Shown: in pieces, positions 30,636 through 40,878 of the stretch | Position numbering within the stretch: the stretch's first letter is position 1 | Layout of the letters: each line of letters starts with the position of its first letter | DNA from: an uncultured Methanoregulaceae archaeon | Lineage (GTDB): Archaea; Halobacteriota; Methanomicrobia; Methanomicrobiales; Methanospirillaceae | Direction of reading: 5' to 3' | NCBI GenBank assembly: GCA_963701095.1 | Contig: OY969564.1 | Coordinates: forward strand, 448,001 to 512,000 | Length of the DNA: 64,000 nucleotides | The notes under the pieces: model-generated | Told to the model about the DNA's origin: nothing | The model's input: only the letters and a program-made list of their open reading frames with translations | Databases searched by the model: none | Position numbers and translations under genes: made by a program

Positions 30636-30998
30636 GTGATAGATGTTATAAGTGTCATAATCGCGTTTTTAAGAGTCCTGCTAGGTTTTGTACTTGTATT
30701 GTTCATACCCGGTTTTTTCCTGACCTTGGTTTTTTTCCCCAAAATCTCAGAGATTCAGATTTTTGAACGACTGGTGTATTCAGTGGTTCTTAGCATCGGA
30801 ACGGTAATTGCATCAGTTCTTTTCATGGATGTCGCATTAGGGGTCAATACTACCCCCTTGAATATTGTCTTTGGAATTTTGTCGGTTTCATTTGTTTTTA
30901 TTATAATTTGGATTCTGCGATTGTATTTTCCGGAAACCTTTATGCGAATAAAAAAGTTTTTCATTTTAAAATTTTACACGTTAAAGATGAAAAAATGA
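30636..30998 (+). CDS. DUF1616-like membrane protein
   Basis: LFIPGFFLTLVFFP...FERLVYSVVLSI. Confidence 0.75.
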   Translation: MIDVISVIIAFLRVLLGFVLVLFIPGFFLTLVFFPKISEIQIFERLVYSVVLSIGTVIASVLFMDVALGVNTTPLNIVFGILSVSFVFIIIWILRLYFPETFMRIKKFFILKFYTLKMKK

Positions 30999-31004
30999 GG
31001 GTAT

Positions 31005-32570
31005 TTGATGAATGAAATATTTATTAGATCTCTCAGAAACTATCACCATCTCAATCACCAACAACAAGAGAACGTTATACAGTTAGTTGATATATCAAAA
31101 AAATTTTTCCAAAAAAAGAATCTGGAGCCCTATGAGGGAAGCTCAATCGAATCTGAACATACACTTATTGTGGAATGCGGCCATCAACCTAATTTTCTTC
31201 CTCATTCAGCAACGTGGAAAAAAGCTTTTTTCATGAGTTGGTTATGCAAGAAATTGGAAAAGGGCGGATCAACCCCTCTTGCTTTTTTTGGCTTGGCAGA
31301 TCAGAATATTTCGACTGCGAGACTATTATCGAAGAATCAGGTTCCAGATCTGAATAAAGATGGATTCATAAAAATTGGATTTAAAATTAGCAGTAAGGAC
31401 CGGTTGCGATCCTTTGCCTGCATTGAAAAACCTCCTGCTGAAGAATGGGAAAAGGAGATTGACCGAATTCGGCGGCATTATAAAGATATTTCAGAGAAAA
31501 CCAGATTTGGGGATGAAAATGTTAAAAACCAGTGGACCCGGATTCTCGATATTCTTTGGTCAAGCTATAATTGTGCTGACAATTTTCCAGAACTCAATTC
31601 CCTGGTTTTCGTAAGAATCTGCAGGGAAATTTTAGGCGTTAACCTTTTCTTTTTCTTGTACTCCGATATGCACAACGCCGGCATGTTCCTTGAAGAATCA
31701 AAAAAAATTCTAAAAAATCTCCCCCGTTTTAATCATATTTACAATCAGGAGATTGCAAGAGACGGTCTGAATATACCGTCGGTTTTACCAAACCACATGC
31801 CGTTCTGGTATGAGTGTGAGTGTGGAGCAAAACTTGATCTCTTTCTTGATTCCGATGCAAGCTGCAAACCGGTCTGCCCGGGTTGCAAGAAGGAATATCA
31901 TCTCGCCTTAAAACCTGATTTTGAGAATCTGGAAAAATATTATTGGAAAATGGATTTTAACGCAGTATCGAGAAATATTATTATGGCTCAAGGATTAGGA
32001 GATACCATTTTTGTCTCCGGATCCGGGGGATCTTCGATCTATGGGTGTATCTCGGATAGAATCTCCAAGGACCTAGAATTTCATCGTCCTATTACTCTCG
32101 CATGGCAATCGAAAGATCGCTATCTGGGAATGGCACATAAAATTATCCTCCGGGACTTAATGAAAACATTTTCCCTTATTTCCGAAGATTTTTCCTCTGG
32201 ATTTCTGAAAGAAAAGATCGAAAAAAAGTTCAATGAGTTATCAGCAAACCTTAAGGATTCTAAGGAGCGGGATTTGAGAGAAGATCTCGAATATTGGAGC
32301 GGCTTGCAGAATTCCGCAAAAAATCTTCTGGTATTCTCTAGAAATTTATTTGCCACGACGCCGTCTTTTATCGATCTTCTCGCAAATTACCGGTCAGATA
32401 CAACTATTAAAATATGGGAAAATGCATTAGATACTCAAGAGGTTCATGAATATGGTTATATGTACCAGATTCGTAGCGATATCAATTATCCCGGAATTTT
32501 CTTTCCGGAGATAGATCCGGCCTCGTTTCCTGAACTGTATACAGCAATAGATAATGTTGGAGTTAACTGA
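31005..32570 (+). CDS. Hypothetical protein, BshC-like ligase candidate with Cys-rich insert
   Basis: IVECGHQPNFLP..WKKA, FFGLADQN, CECG...CPGC, FVSGSGGSSIY and a C-terminal coiled region. The ORF is clear; the family call is tentative. Confidence 0.55.
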   Translation: MMNEIFIRSLRNYHHLNHQQQENVIQLVDISKKFFQKKNLEPYEGSSIESEHTLIVECGHQPNFLPHSATWKKAFFMSWLCKKLEKGGSTPLAFFGLADQNISTARLLSKNQVPDLNKDGFIKIGFKISSKDRLRSFACIEKPPAEEWEKEIDRIRRHYKDISEKTRFGDENVKNQWTRILDILWSSYNCADNFPELNSLVFVRICREILGVNLFFFLYSDMHNAGMFLEESKKILKNLPRFNHIYNQEIARDGLNIPSVLPNHMPFWYECECGAKLDLFLDSDASCKPVCPGCKKEYHLALKPDFENLEKYYWKMDFNAVSRNIIMAQGLGDTIFVSGSGGSSIYGCISDRISKDLEFHRPITLAWQSKDRYLGMAHKIILRDLMKTFSLISEDFSSGFLKEKIEKKFNELSANLKDSKERDLREDLEYWSGLQNSAKNLLVFSRNLFATTPSFIDLLANYRSDTTIKIWENALDTQEVHEYGYMYQIRSDINYPGIFFPEIDPASFPELYTAIDNVGVN

Positions 32571-33193
32571 TGACAACAAAGGTTCTGGTTATCAGCCCCC
32601 ACACCGATGATGGTGAACTAGGGTGTGGAGGTTCTATAGCAAAATTCATTGAAGAAGGGTATGAAGTGACGTACGTCGCTCTTTCTTGCTGTGAAAAATC
32701 TATCCCTCCCCAGTATCCGAAAGATATTCTTTCTCGAGAAGTAAAATCTGCGACCAAGATCCTTGGAATAACTGATCTGGTATTATTCAGTTTTGAGGTT
32801 CGGGAATTTCCAAGGTTGCGTCAGGAAATCCTCGACACGTTAATCCGGCTGCGGAATAAAATCCAGCCCGACATGGTTTTTACTCCATCGAGAAATGACA
32901 CTCACCAGGATCATAAGATCACGGTCGAAGAAACGATGAGAGCTTTCAAGAAATGTACCCTTCTCGGATATGAACAGCCTTGGAACAATATCACGTTCAA
33001 TACCTTGGCATTTATCCCACTTACGGAGAACTACATTCAGAAAAAAATAGATGCACTTTCATGTTATGAGACGCAGAAAGGAAAGGCCTATCTCAATCAT
33101 GAGTTCGTACGGGGTCTTGCCCTGACACGAGGTACACAGATTGAAGAAAAATATGCGGAAGCGTTCGAAGTGATCAAATGGGTTATTCATTAG
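32570..33193 (+). CDS. PIG-L/LmbE (BshB/MshB-like) N-deacetylase
   Basis: SPHTDDGELGCGG and DTHQDH. Confidence 0.9.
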   Translation: MTTKVLVISPHTDDGELGCGGSIAKFIEEGYEVTYVALSCCEKSIPPQYPKDILSREVKSATKILGITDLVLFSFEVREFPRLRQEILDTLIRLRNKIQPDMVFTPSRNDTHQDHKITVEETMRAFKKCTLLGYEQPWNNITFNTLAFIPLTENYIQKKIDALSCYETQKGKAYLNHEFVRGLALTRGTQIEEKYAEAFEVIKWVIH

Positions 33194-33202
33194 GGCGAGA
33201 AT

Positions 33203-34294
33203 ATGCGTATTTTATTTGATATGGGACATCCGGCACATGTTCATTTTTTTAAAAATACTATCATAAATTTAAAAAAAGATGGACATGAAGTGAAAATTAC
33301 AGCACGGAATAAAGAGGTTACCCTTGCTTTGTTAAAAGCGTATGGTTTTGATTATGAAAACAGAGGGGAAATGTACACCGGAATGCTTACTAAAGCATTT
33401 GGGATGATTAAAATTGACCTGAAATTACTTAATATTGCCAGAAAATTTAAACCTGACATCCTTGTTGGCGTTCATAACCCCTATGTGGCACATGTCGGGA
33501 CGGTTCTCAGAAAACCTGTAATTATTTTTACGGATACTGAAAATGTAAAGATTGCCAGTTATCTTACATATCCGTTTGTTCAGGCAATTGTAACACCTGT
33601 TTTTTTCAAAGAACCGATAAATCTCAAGAAACACGTAATGATCCATGGAATAAAAGAAATAGCCTATCTTCACCCGAAATATTTTACTCCGGATCCCAAG
33701 GTACTTGAAGATCTTGGATTATTGCCCGGGGAAAAATTTATCATTTTGAGGTTTATCTCATGGGGGGCCTCTCATGATACAGATCTGCATGGTATACGGA
33801 AAGGTTCTGAAAAGGAATTAATCCAGAAGCTGGCCCCCTATGGAAAAATCTTTATTACCTCTGAAAAACCTCTTGTCGGTGACCTCGATAAATACCGAGT
33901 GAATTTATCGCCGGAAAAAATTCATTCCCTCCTATATTATGCTCATATGTACATAGGAGAAGGGGGAACCATGGCGGCAGAGGGTGGAATATTAGGAACA
34001 CCGGCAATTCACATAGAGTCCAATTCAGCCGGCATAGCCACCGGAGAAACTTGTGGTAATTTTCTCATGCTCAGAGATATCTACGATCTGATTTATTTTT
34101 ACCCCACACAGGAAATGGCGTTAAATAAGGCTGTCGAGATTCTAAATAGACCCCATGCAAAGGAAGATTGGAGGAAAAAACAAGAAAAACTCTGGTCAGA
34201 TATGATCGATGTTACTTCATGGTTAACTGATTTCATCGAACGATATCCAGACAGTCTCCGAGGAAATAAAAATAAGAATTCCGATCTACAATGA
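33203..34294 (+). CDS. DUF354 GT-B-fold glycosyltransferase-like protein
   Basis: DMGHPAHVHFFK, FTDTE, AYLHP, SWGASHD, GEGGTMAAE..ILGTP. Confidence 0.88.
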   Translation: MRILFDMGHPAHVHFFKNTIINLKKDGHEVKITARNKEVTLALLKAYGFDYENRGEMYTGMLTKAFGMIKIDLKLLNIARKFKPDILVGVHNPYVAHVGTVLRKPVIIFTDTENVKIASYLTYPFVQAIVTPVFFKEPINLKKHVMIHGIKEIAYLHPKYFTPDPKVLEDLGLLPGEKFIILRFISWGASHDTDLHGIRKGSEKELIQKLAPYGKIFITSEKPLVGDLDKYRVNLSPEKIHSLLYYAHMYIGEGGTMAAEGGILGTPAIHIESNSAGIATGETCGNFLMLRDIYDLIYFYPTQEMALNKAVEILNRPHAKEDWRKKQEKLWSDMIDVTSWLTDFIERYPDSLRGNKNKNSDLQ

Positions 34295-35919
34295 TATCCT
34301 TATATCATCAAACCTTGGATAAGTTCGGTCTGTACGGAATAAACCATTTTATAGAAAAATTCGGAATTCCTATAGCAATCAACGAATCTTCGCAATCAGG
34401 TATTATTATTTCCTATGGTTGCCCTGTCCGGGGTAATTTTGTAATCAGTATTGATCGAAATGAGATCCAGAATGCAATTTGCGGACAGGTTACTACACCT
34501 TTGGAAAAGGTTTCCATTTGTGAAATTCCCCATAATTCCGGCTTCGGTGATGAAGTAATTGCAAACTTTGAAAACGGTATTCAAAAATATCCATGCGTTG
34601 TTAGAAAAAAAAATAGTATTTCCATTGGTATCGATATATTCGAAGAAACCGGTTATATCCTATCAGGTCATCTTGACGCAATCCAATCTTCACATGACCA
34701 ATCTATAAAAACCGAAATTGCTACTCAGCCATCTGTAGATTTTCTCGAAAACATCCTGTTCGAGGCAATACTTTCAGGGTGTCAATACCAGAAAATTCCT
34801 TTGGTCCAGAAATCATACTGGCCTGAAGGAAAGACGTTTGCAGTCTGTCTGACCCATGATGTTGATGAGATAAAAAAGACATATCAGTGGATCAGTCGGC
34901 CCCTGAAATTTATTTTGAGAAAGAATTTAACTGGATTGGAAGGTCAGATCAAATCATTTGCCCAAAAATTCAGAGGAATCGAACCATATTATACCTATGA
35001 GGATATCATAAAAATTGAACGTGAACTGAGCGCAAAATCTACCTATTTTATTCTTAAGGAAAGCGGAAAAGTAAATCCATTTTTCATAAAAACATGGTAC
35101 CTGTACGGAAGAAATCGAAGCCTGCAGAGTTCTAAAATGCAGGCTCTCATCCGGAAATTGCTTGAAAACGGGGATGAGGTAGCAATCCATGGATCCTATT
35201 TTTCTTTTAAGAATCCTCGTTTACTCCAAGAGGAAGTTCAAGAACTCGAACAATTGATCAATGAAAAAATACTCGGTACCCGTCAACATAATCTTAATCT
35301 TGAGATCCCCACGACATGGCACTATCAGATAGATGCAGGTTTGAAGTATGACACTACGTTGGGATTTAAAGATCGTATCGGTTTCCGGTGGGGGACATCG
35401 TTTCCATTTTACCCAAATTCTAGGGGAGAACCGATATCTATGCTTGAAATCCCCACCATAATTATGGACATCTGTCTTGAATCCAGCAACAATAAAGAAT
35501 CAGATTGTCTTCAACTCGCAGCAGAAGTTGAACGCTATCATGGTGTTCTTAATCTGTTGTGGCACCCCCCTATTTTCAACGAACTAGAATATCCGGAAGC
35601 ACGAAGTATCTATATAAAAATCAATACTCATTGCAAAACTAAAGAAGCCTGGATAACGAATGCGTGCAACATTTACAAATGGATTGCGTTGCGAAACCAG
35701 TTTTCTGTTAGCTATAACTTTGATCCCGTGAATAAAACGCTGAGAATTCATGTCGATCCTGAAATCGGTGAGCAGTTTCTAACGCTGTATCTCCCAAATC
35801 AAACAACTTGCCATATAGGGTCTAACAACGCTAAGATTATAAAAGCTGACGATAATTGTGTGTTCATCAAAATTAATCCATCGCCGGATGAGAAAGAAAT
35901 ATTTGTGGGACTAGTATGA
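34291..35919 (+). CDS. Polysaccharide deacetylase (NodB-like) family protein
   Basis: VCLTHDVD, EVAIHGSY, GTRQHNL, YDTTLGF, LLWHP. Confidence 0.85.
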   Translation: MISLYHQTLDKFGLYGINHFIEKFGIPIAINESSQSGIIISYGCPVRGNFVISIDRNEIQNAICGQVTTPLEKVSICEIPHNSGFGDEVIANFENGIQKYPCVVRKKNSISIGIDIFEETGYILSGHLDAIQSSHDQSIKTEIATQPSVDFLENILFEAILSGCQYQKIPLVQKSYWPEGKTFAVCLTHDVDEIKKTYQWISRPLKFILRKNLTGLEGQIKSFAQKFRGIEPYYTYEDIIKIERELSAKSTYFILKESGKVNPFFIKTWYLYGRNRSLQSSKMQALIRKLLENGDEVAIHGSYFSFKNPRLLQEEVQELEQLINEKILGTRQHNLNLEIPTTWHYQIDAGLKYDTTLGFKDRIGFRWGTSFPFYPNSRGEPISMLEIPTIIMDICLESSNNKESDCLQLAAEVERYHGVLNLLWHPPIFNELEYPEARSIYIKINTHCKTKEAWITNACNIYKWIALRNQFSVSYNFDPVNKTLRIHVDPEIGEQFLTLYLPNQTTCHIGSNNAKIIKADDNCVFIKINPSPDEKEIFVGLV

Positions 35920-36968
35920 CGATTGAACTTCGAGTTGCGCAAAACAACGATAAAGAAGAATGGGATTCGATGGTATCGCAATCCTCCCAGGGAACTTTAT
36001 TTCATCAGTGGGAGTGGTTGAAGATTGTTGAACGGAATTCCGGTTCACGGCTGTACCCCCTAATTGGTATGAACAAAGGGTCCCCTATAGGTTTAATCCC
36101 TCTTTTTCTCCAGAAAATAGGGCCGTTAAAAATGGTTTTTTCCCCTCCTCCCCATGTGGTGATATTTTATTTGGGTCCCATATTTCTGAAAACCGATTCC
36201 TTAAAGCAGGAAAAAATTGAATCCCAGTATCTCGAATTTCAGAAACAATTTGAAGACTTTATAAATACTGATTTACATGCCCAATATACGTTTATCTCGC
36301 TTCCGCCCGCCCTTCATGATCCTCGACCTTTCAAATGGTCCGGATATCATATCCAACTCAATTTTGATTACTCTACGGACCTTTCAATAGGTGCTGATTC
36401 CCTTTTTTCCTCCCTTGATAAAAGACAACGCCAAGATATTAAACGGGCAAAAGAGAGGAACATGACCTTTGAGATAGGTGGAGAAAACGAATATAAATAT
36501 ATTCTTGATTTGATGGATCTTCGTTACGCTCAACAGGGGAAAATCGTTAAAGTGCCCAGATCGTATTTTGTCGATCTATTCAAAGCATATAAAGACAATA
36601 TATTGGTCTCGACGGTTAAAGTCGACGAGGAAGTTGTAACAGGCACTATTCATCTGAAATATCGGGATTCGGTCTATAGCTGGGTTGGGAATCCAAAACC
36701 GATCAAATCCCTGTCTCCTTCACCAAATGATCTTCTCATTTGGGAAAGTATTCGTTATGCTACCGAGAATGGCTATCGTTATTACACAGCCTTAAGTGCA
36801 GCAGGCAATAAACGCCTTCATTTATATTATGCCGGCAAATGCAATCCGGCATTAAATATTCGATACACAGCCACAAAAAAATCAATTCCGGCTGATCTTG
36901 TTGAAAGAGGCTATCTTAATATACTACAACCGGTGCTTCAGAAGGTTCGTACGATGAGCCATAGCTGA
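35916..36968 (+). CDS. FemAB-like GNAT family protein (paralog 2)
   Basis: WDSMVSQSSQGTLFHQWEWL, SPPP..YLGP, SPNDLLIWESIRY. Confidence 0.85.
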   Translation: MTIELRVAQNNDKEEWDSMVSQSSQGTLFHQWEWLKIVERNSGSRLYPLIGMNKGSPIGLIPLFLQKIGPLKMVFSPPPHVVIFYLGPIFLKTDSLKQEKIESQYLEFQKQFEDFINTDLHAQYTFISLPPALHDPRPFKWSGYHIQLNFDYSTDLSIGADSLFSSLDKRQRQDIKRAKERNMTFEIGGENEYKYILDLMDLRYAQQGKIVKVPRSYFVDLFKAYKDNILVSTVKVDEEVVTGTIHLKYRDSVYSWVGNPKPIKSLSPSPNDLLIWESIRYATENGYRYYTALSAAGNKRLHLYYAGKCNPALNIRYTATKKSIPADLVERGYLNILQPVLQKVRTMSHS

Positions 36969-37008
36969 ATTTTGGTGTCAAATGCCATGAGATTGAGTAA
37001 AATCATAA

Positions 37009-38046
37009 TTGTTTATCATGCCTGTGGAAATTAAAATAGCAAACGATGGTGATGCGAAAGAATGGGATGAGCTTGTCTCTCTCTCTGTTCAAGGTACCAT
37101 CTTTCATACATGGACATGGCTAAAAATCGTGGAAACGCATACCAAAATGAAGTTATTCCCTCTTATAGGGATGATGAATAATAAGCCAATTGGTATTTTT
37201 CCTTTGTTTTTTCAGAAAAAAGGGCCCATAAGGCTGGTTTTTTCACCACCTCCACAGACAGTTCAATTTTATCTTGGGCCTGTTATTTCTGAGTATCATA
37301 CAATGAAACAGGAAAAACGAGAGAAATTATTGCAGGATTTTCAAACATCTGTCGATACTTTTCTGAAGGACACCCTGAATCCCCAGTATATCAGCATCTC
37401 ACTCGGACCTAATTTTCAGGATCCTCGTTCATTTATCTGGGCCGGTTACAGCATCGACACACATTATGATTATACGATCGATCTTGACTGTCCGACAGAA
37501 ATTTTGTTCAATCGTCTTACAAGAAAGCAGCACCAGAATGTTCACCGTGCAAAAAAAAGAGGAATTTCTGTGGATTTAGGAGGAAAGCAGGAATACGAAG
37601 AAGTTCTCAATCTTCTGGAAATCCGGTATGCGGATCAGGGAAAAAATGATATACGCGCCCCTCGAGAATATTTGTCGGATGTTTACGATGCATATAAGGA
37701 CTTTATCAAAGTTTTTATTGCAACATCAAATGACGAAATTGTTTCGGGAACGATCGATATCCAATATAAGGATATACATTATAGTTGGATTGGAAACCCG
37801 AAACCACAAAAGCACATCAGTCCTTCACCCAACGATGTCATTATGTGTGAATCGATCCGTTTTGCACAGAAAACGGGCATGAAGTATTATGTAACAATGA
37901 ATGCAGCGGGGAATGAACGGTTGCATTCATATTATGCTTCAAAATTTGATCCAGACCTAAATGTTCATTTCTCTCTGAAAAAATCAACGGGTTTAATGAA
38001 TCTCATGGAAAAAGGGTATTCCGGCGTTTTTCGTTCACTATTGTGA
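37009..38046 (+). CDS. FemAB-like GNAT family protein (paralog 3)
   Basis: WDELVSLSVQGTIFHTWTWL, SPPP..YLGP, SPNDVIM; likely start ATG 37018. Confidence 0.85.
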   Translation: MFIMPVEIKIANDGDAKEWDELVSLSVQGTIFHTWTWLKIVETHTKMKLFPLIGMMNNKPIGIFPLFFQKKGPIRLVFSPPPQTVQFYLGPVISEYHTMKQEKREKLLQDFQTSVDTFLKDTLNPQYISISLGPNFQDPRSFIWAGYSIDTHYDYTIDLDCPTEILFNRLTRKQHQNVHRAKKRGISVDLGGKQEYEEVLNLLEIRYADQGKNDIRAPREYLSDVYDAYKDFIKVFIATSNDEIVSGTIDIQYKDIHYSWIGNPKPQKHISPSPNDVIMCESIRFAQKTGMKYYVTMNAAGNERLHSYYASKFDPDLNVHFSLKKSTGLMNLMEKGYSGVFRSLL

Positions 38047-38082
38047 GATTTCTTTCGGGTTAATAGTGGAAACATTCCCATA

Positions 38083-38985
38083 TTATTTTTCGGAATTTGG
38101 TGAAACGGTCTTCCTTTTTGCAAATGAAATGCCAATCTGGTGTGTAAAATAATAATACCAGAAGATAATCAACCAGAGAGTAAAACAAATCCATCCGATG
38201 TAGATATGCACCTGTTCCATGATTCCAACAGGGCCAAAGAAATACCCACTAAGTGCTATTAGCAGTATCCGTGCAAAATTGGCGCAAACCGTTCCCAGAT
38301 ATCCTATTCCGATAAGAATGGCACTTTTTTTCGAAATACTTTCAGGAAAACTTGCAAGAACTATTATAACCGAAACAGTGAAAGTACCCAACGACCAGAT
38401 ACCTGTGCAATCTGATATAATAGCGAGGGAAATTGGTGCACCTGTTTGGGACATGAACGATATGATATTACCATTGAAAGTGGATTGAATTCCTAAAAAA
38501 TTTAATAAATCCGTGGTAAATAAAACGATATACGGGATAATTGGCGCTGTTATCCAATCCTGGTTTCGAATAAAAAGGCCATATACTCCATAACCTACTA
38601 CTGCTATATAGGGGATAGAGACGGGAAGTACTAACGATCTGAAATTTAGCAGACCAAATAAAATGACTCCAATACCAGAGAGCACCAATATTAATTCTCC
38701 GATTGAAGTTGGGCTTTTTGCTATCCCCATAGGAATGCTGATTATACTTAAAAAACACATGAGAATTCCCACGGCAATAATAATTTTTTGTTGTCGCTGT
38801 GAAAAACTACTTGTGGTGTTTCTTGAAATATAAAGAATCCCGATGCAAGATAGAATCCATATCCCTAAAGCATCGATTTCCATATAGGTAGCTTTTTGAT
38901 AAAACAAAAGACATACTGCGAGTAAAACCAATGTAATAACTACCCAGATCTTTGAAACACTAAATGCATTATCGGGCAGCTTCAT
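38083..38985 (-). CDS. artC: Archaeosortase C (PEF-CTERM-associated exosortase/archaeosortase family)
   Basis: Multi-TM protein with the Cys-Arg-His triad pattern (ISDCTGIWS, ANFARILLI, QVHIYIGW). Three PEF-CTERM genes lie in the window. Confidence 0.82.
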   Translation of the reverse strand: MKLPDNAFSVSKIWVVITLVLLAVCLLFYQKATYMEIDALGIWILSCIGILYISRNTTSSFSQRQQKIIIAVGILMCFLSIISIPMGIAKSPTSIGELILVLSGIGVILFGLLNFRSLVLPVSIPYIAVVGYGVYGLFIRNQDWITAPIIPYIVLFTTDLLNFLGIQSTFNGNIISFMSQTGAPISLAIISDCTGIWSLGTFTVSVIIVLASFPESISKKSAILIGIGYLGTVCANFARILLIALSGYFFGPVGIMEQVHIYIGWICFTLWLIIFWYYYFTHQIGISFAKRKTVSPNSEK

Positions 38986-39029
38986 TCAACAAATCCGTTT
39001 AGATAATAATAGCTAATCATAATTGAAAT

Positions 39030-39440
39030 TTATGATCCTACCCAGAAATGAACCTCTTCTTGTTCTTTTTTTGTCGTTAATATCAAACTGACTTTGGAAG
39101 GATACGTAATATTAAGCGGAAGGGATATCATGTCTCGTTCATTAAGGCTTTCTCCTTTATTTAAGGTGAATTTTTTTGTTTTTATAAGTGTACTATTAAG
39201 GTATTCACTAAGAACGTAGTCAATTGATCCTGATTCCGAAGATTGTACTCCATAGGTATAGAACACTGAATTATTATTGGAGTCATGAACTATACTATCG
39301 GGTATTATATAGAGGGAAGAATATGAATCCATATTAGTCCATAAGAAAAAAATCGTTGTCCCCAGTCCAATAATAACAGAAATAATAATCGCTACCATTA
39401 TTATCCCATATTTTTTGTTCAATCCGAACTGGCTTATCAT
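39030..39440 (-). CDS. Membrane-anchored hypothetical protein (resembles the soluble C-terminal part of DUF1616 proteins)
   Basis: N-terminal TM, YSSLYI, C-terminal EEVHFWV. Confidence 0.6.
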   Translation of the reverse strand: MISQFGLNKKYGIIMVAIIISVIIGLGTTIFFLWTNMDSYSSLYIIPDSIVHDSNNNSVFYTYGVQSSESGSIDYVLSEYLNSTLIKTKKFTLNKGESLNERDMISLPLNITYPSKVSLILTTKKEQEEVHFWVGS

Positions 39441-39539
39441 ATATTTCTATATCGTATAGTGATGATAAATTATTAAATTTAGTGTTAGTACCCGAATCTT
39501 CAAAAAAAAAAATTGTTTATTTTAAAATTCTTTTCGTGA

Positions 39540-40697
39540 TTAAGGATAAAATTGATCTTGGATACCAGATTTTAGTTTTTGCCCTTCGCCCATTTCACTG
39601 ACAATTTTTTGTGTTCTTTCAACATACATTTTCAATATTGTAATATCCATTCCGATGATAAGAAATTCGCGGAAATTCTCCTTGATATCATATAATTCCT
39701 TGATCGTCCACGCAACCCAGGATTTCTCACCATTTTTCCGGATGACTTCAGTTTCCTTAAACATCATATGTTTCGCGGGAGAAAGGAATTCACGATTGAG
39801 TTCTGCCTGGTTTTTTGATGTATTTGAAGGAAGCGTAACGATTGTCCCGACAAAGTATTTTCCTACAATATCAGATTCTGAGAACCCGAAAAATTGTTCG
39901 GCAACCTCGCTGATGAAGGTGATTCGTCCTTCTCCATCAGTTCGCAGGATAAAACTGTTGGCGTTTTCCAGCAGATCTTTGTATTTCTTTTCGCTCTGTT
40001 CAAGAGCACTGATTGTGTTTTGGTGCCCTTTAATCTCTTCAAGTAGCCGCTCGTTTGTTGTTCTGAGTTCGCTGGTTCTTGCTTCAACAAGTTGTTCCAG
40101 ATGATCTTGGTATTGTTTAAGCTCCGTGAGGTCTTCAAGAATTATCACCAGTCCTTTCCCGCCGTGGTCAAAGACACTGGGTATAAATTTTATTCTGAAG
40201 AAACCGGGTTTTCCTCTATTATCGACACTATCAAGTTTGATCGATTCCTTACCATATGAGGATTCTTGGATCTGACGTAATGTTTGAGATGTAAAACAAG
40301 AAATTAAAGGGGATTGATCTATCCTTTTTCCTATCAGATCATTTCGGGCTATCCCAAAATGCTGAACGAGAGGTTCATTGACCTGGTTAATGACAAGTTC
40401 ATCGTCAAGCACTAGCATCAGGTCTGATGAAAGATTAAGCATCTGGGAGAAAGGGATACGTCTGGAAAGAGTGAACACTTTCGCTCGACCAAATATTTCC
40501 ATATCCGCTTGTCCGGAAATAAGAAGTGTATTGAGATATTTTGCCGTTGACGTTCGGTTAAGTGGAATCATTTTGGCAACATCTTCAATAGTCAATCCTC
40601 TGGGATGCTCCTTGAGTATTTCCCGGATCCGGGATATTTCTTTAGCCTGATCCAAAATCAAATCCATAATTGTTGCTACTTTATTAATGCAAATCAT
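39540..40697 (-). CDS. Winged-HTH plus two PAS domains, one-component regulator (start may be 40667)
   Basis: HPRGLTIEDVAKMIPLNRTSTAKYL, paralogous to the N-terminus of 20204-22930; coiled coil LEQLVEARTSEL; no kinase domain. Confidence 0.85.
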   Translation of the reverse strand: MICINKVATIMDLILDQAKEISRIREILKEHPRGLTIEDVAKMIPLNRTSTAKYLNTLLISGQADMEIFGRAKVFTLSRRIPFSQMLNLSSDLMLVLDDELVINQVNEPLVQHFGIARNDLIGKRIDQSPLISCFTSQTLRQIQESSYGKESIKLDSVDNRGKPGFFRIKFIPSVFDHGGKGLVIILEDLTELKQYQDHLEQLVEARTSELRTTNERLLEEIKGHQNTISALEQSEKKYKDLLENANSFILRTDGEGRITFISEVAEQFFGFSESDIVGKYFVGTIVTLPSNTSKNQAELNREFLSPAKHMMFKETEVIRKNGEKSWVAWTIKELYDIKENFREFLIIGMDITILKMYVERTQKIVSEMGEGQKLKSGIQDQFYP

Positions 40698-40715
40698 CTA
40701 TTAGTATCTTTCGTC

Positions 40716-40867
40716 ATTACATAGTACCAATGTAATTCAAAAGTATAATCCATTATACAACATAAGAGGATTTTTTTAGGTCAGATGATATCTCATTACA
40801 ATTTAGCATTGCAGTCATATTTTTATACTTTACAGTAATATCATACATTATTGTAATGCGTTACAAT
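40716..40867. promoter_or_regulatory. Cluster of ATTACA/TGTAAT palindromic sites in a divergent promoter
   Basis: ATTACAT-N7-ATGTAAT (40716-40736), CATTACAAT near 40794, ATTGTAA-TGCG-TTACAAT (40850-40867). Confidence 0.55.
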
Positions 40868-40878
40868 GGAGTAGCATT

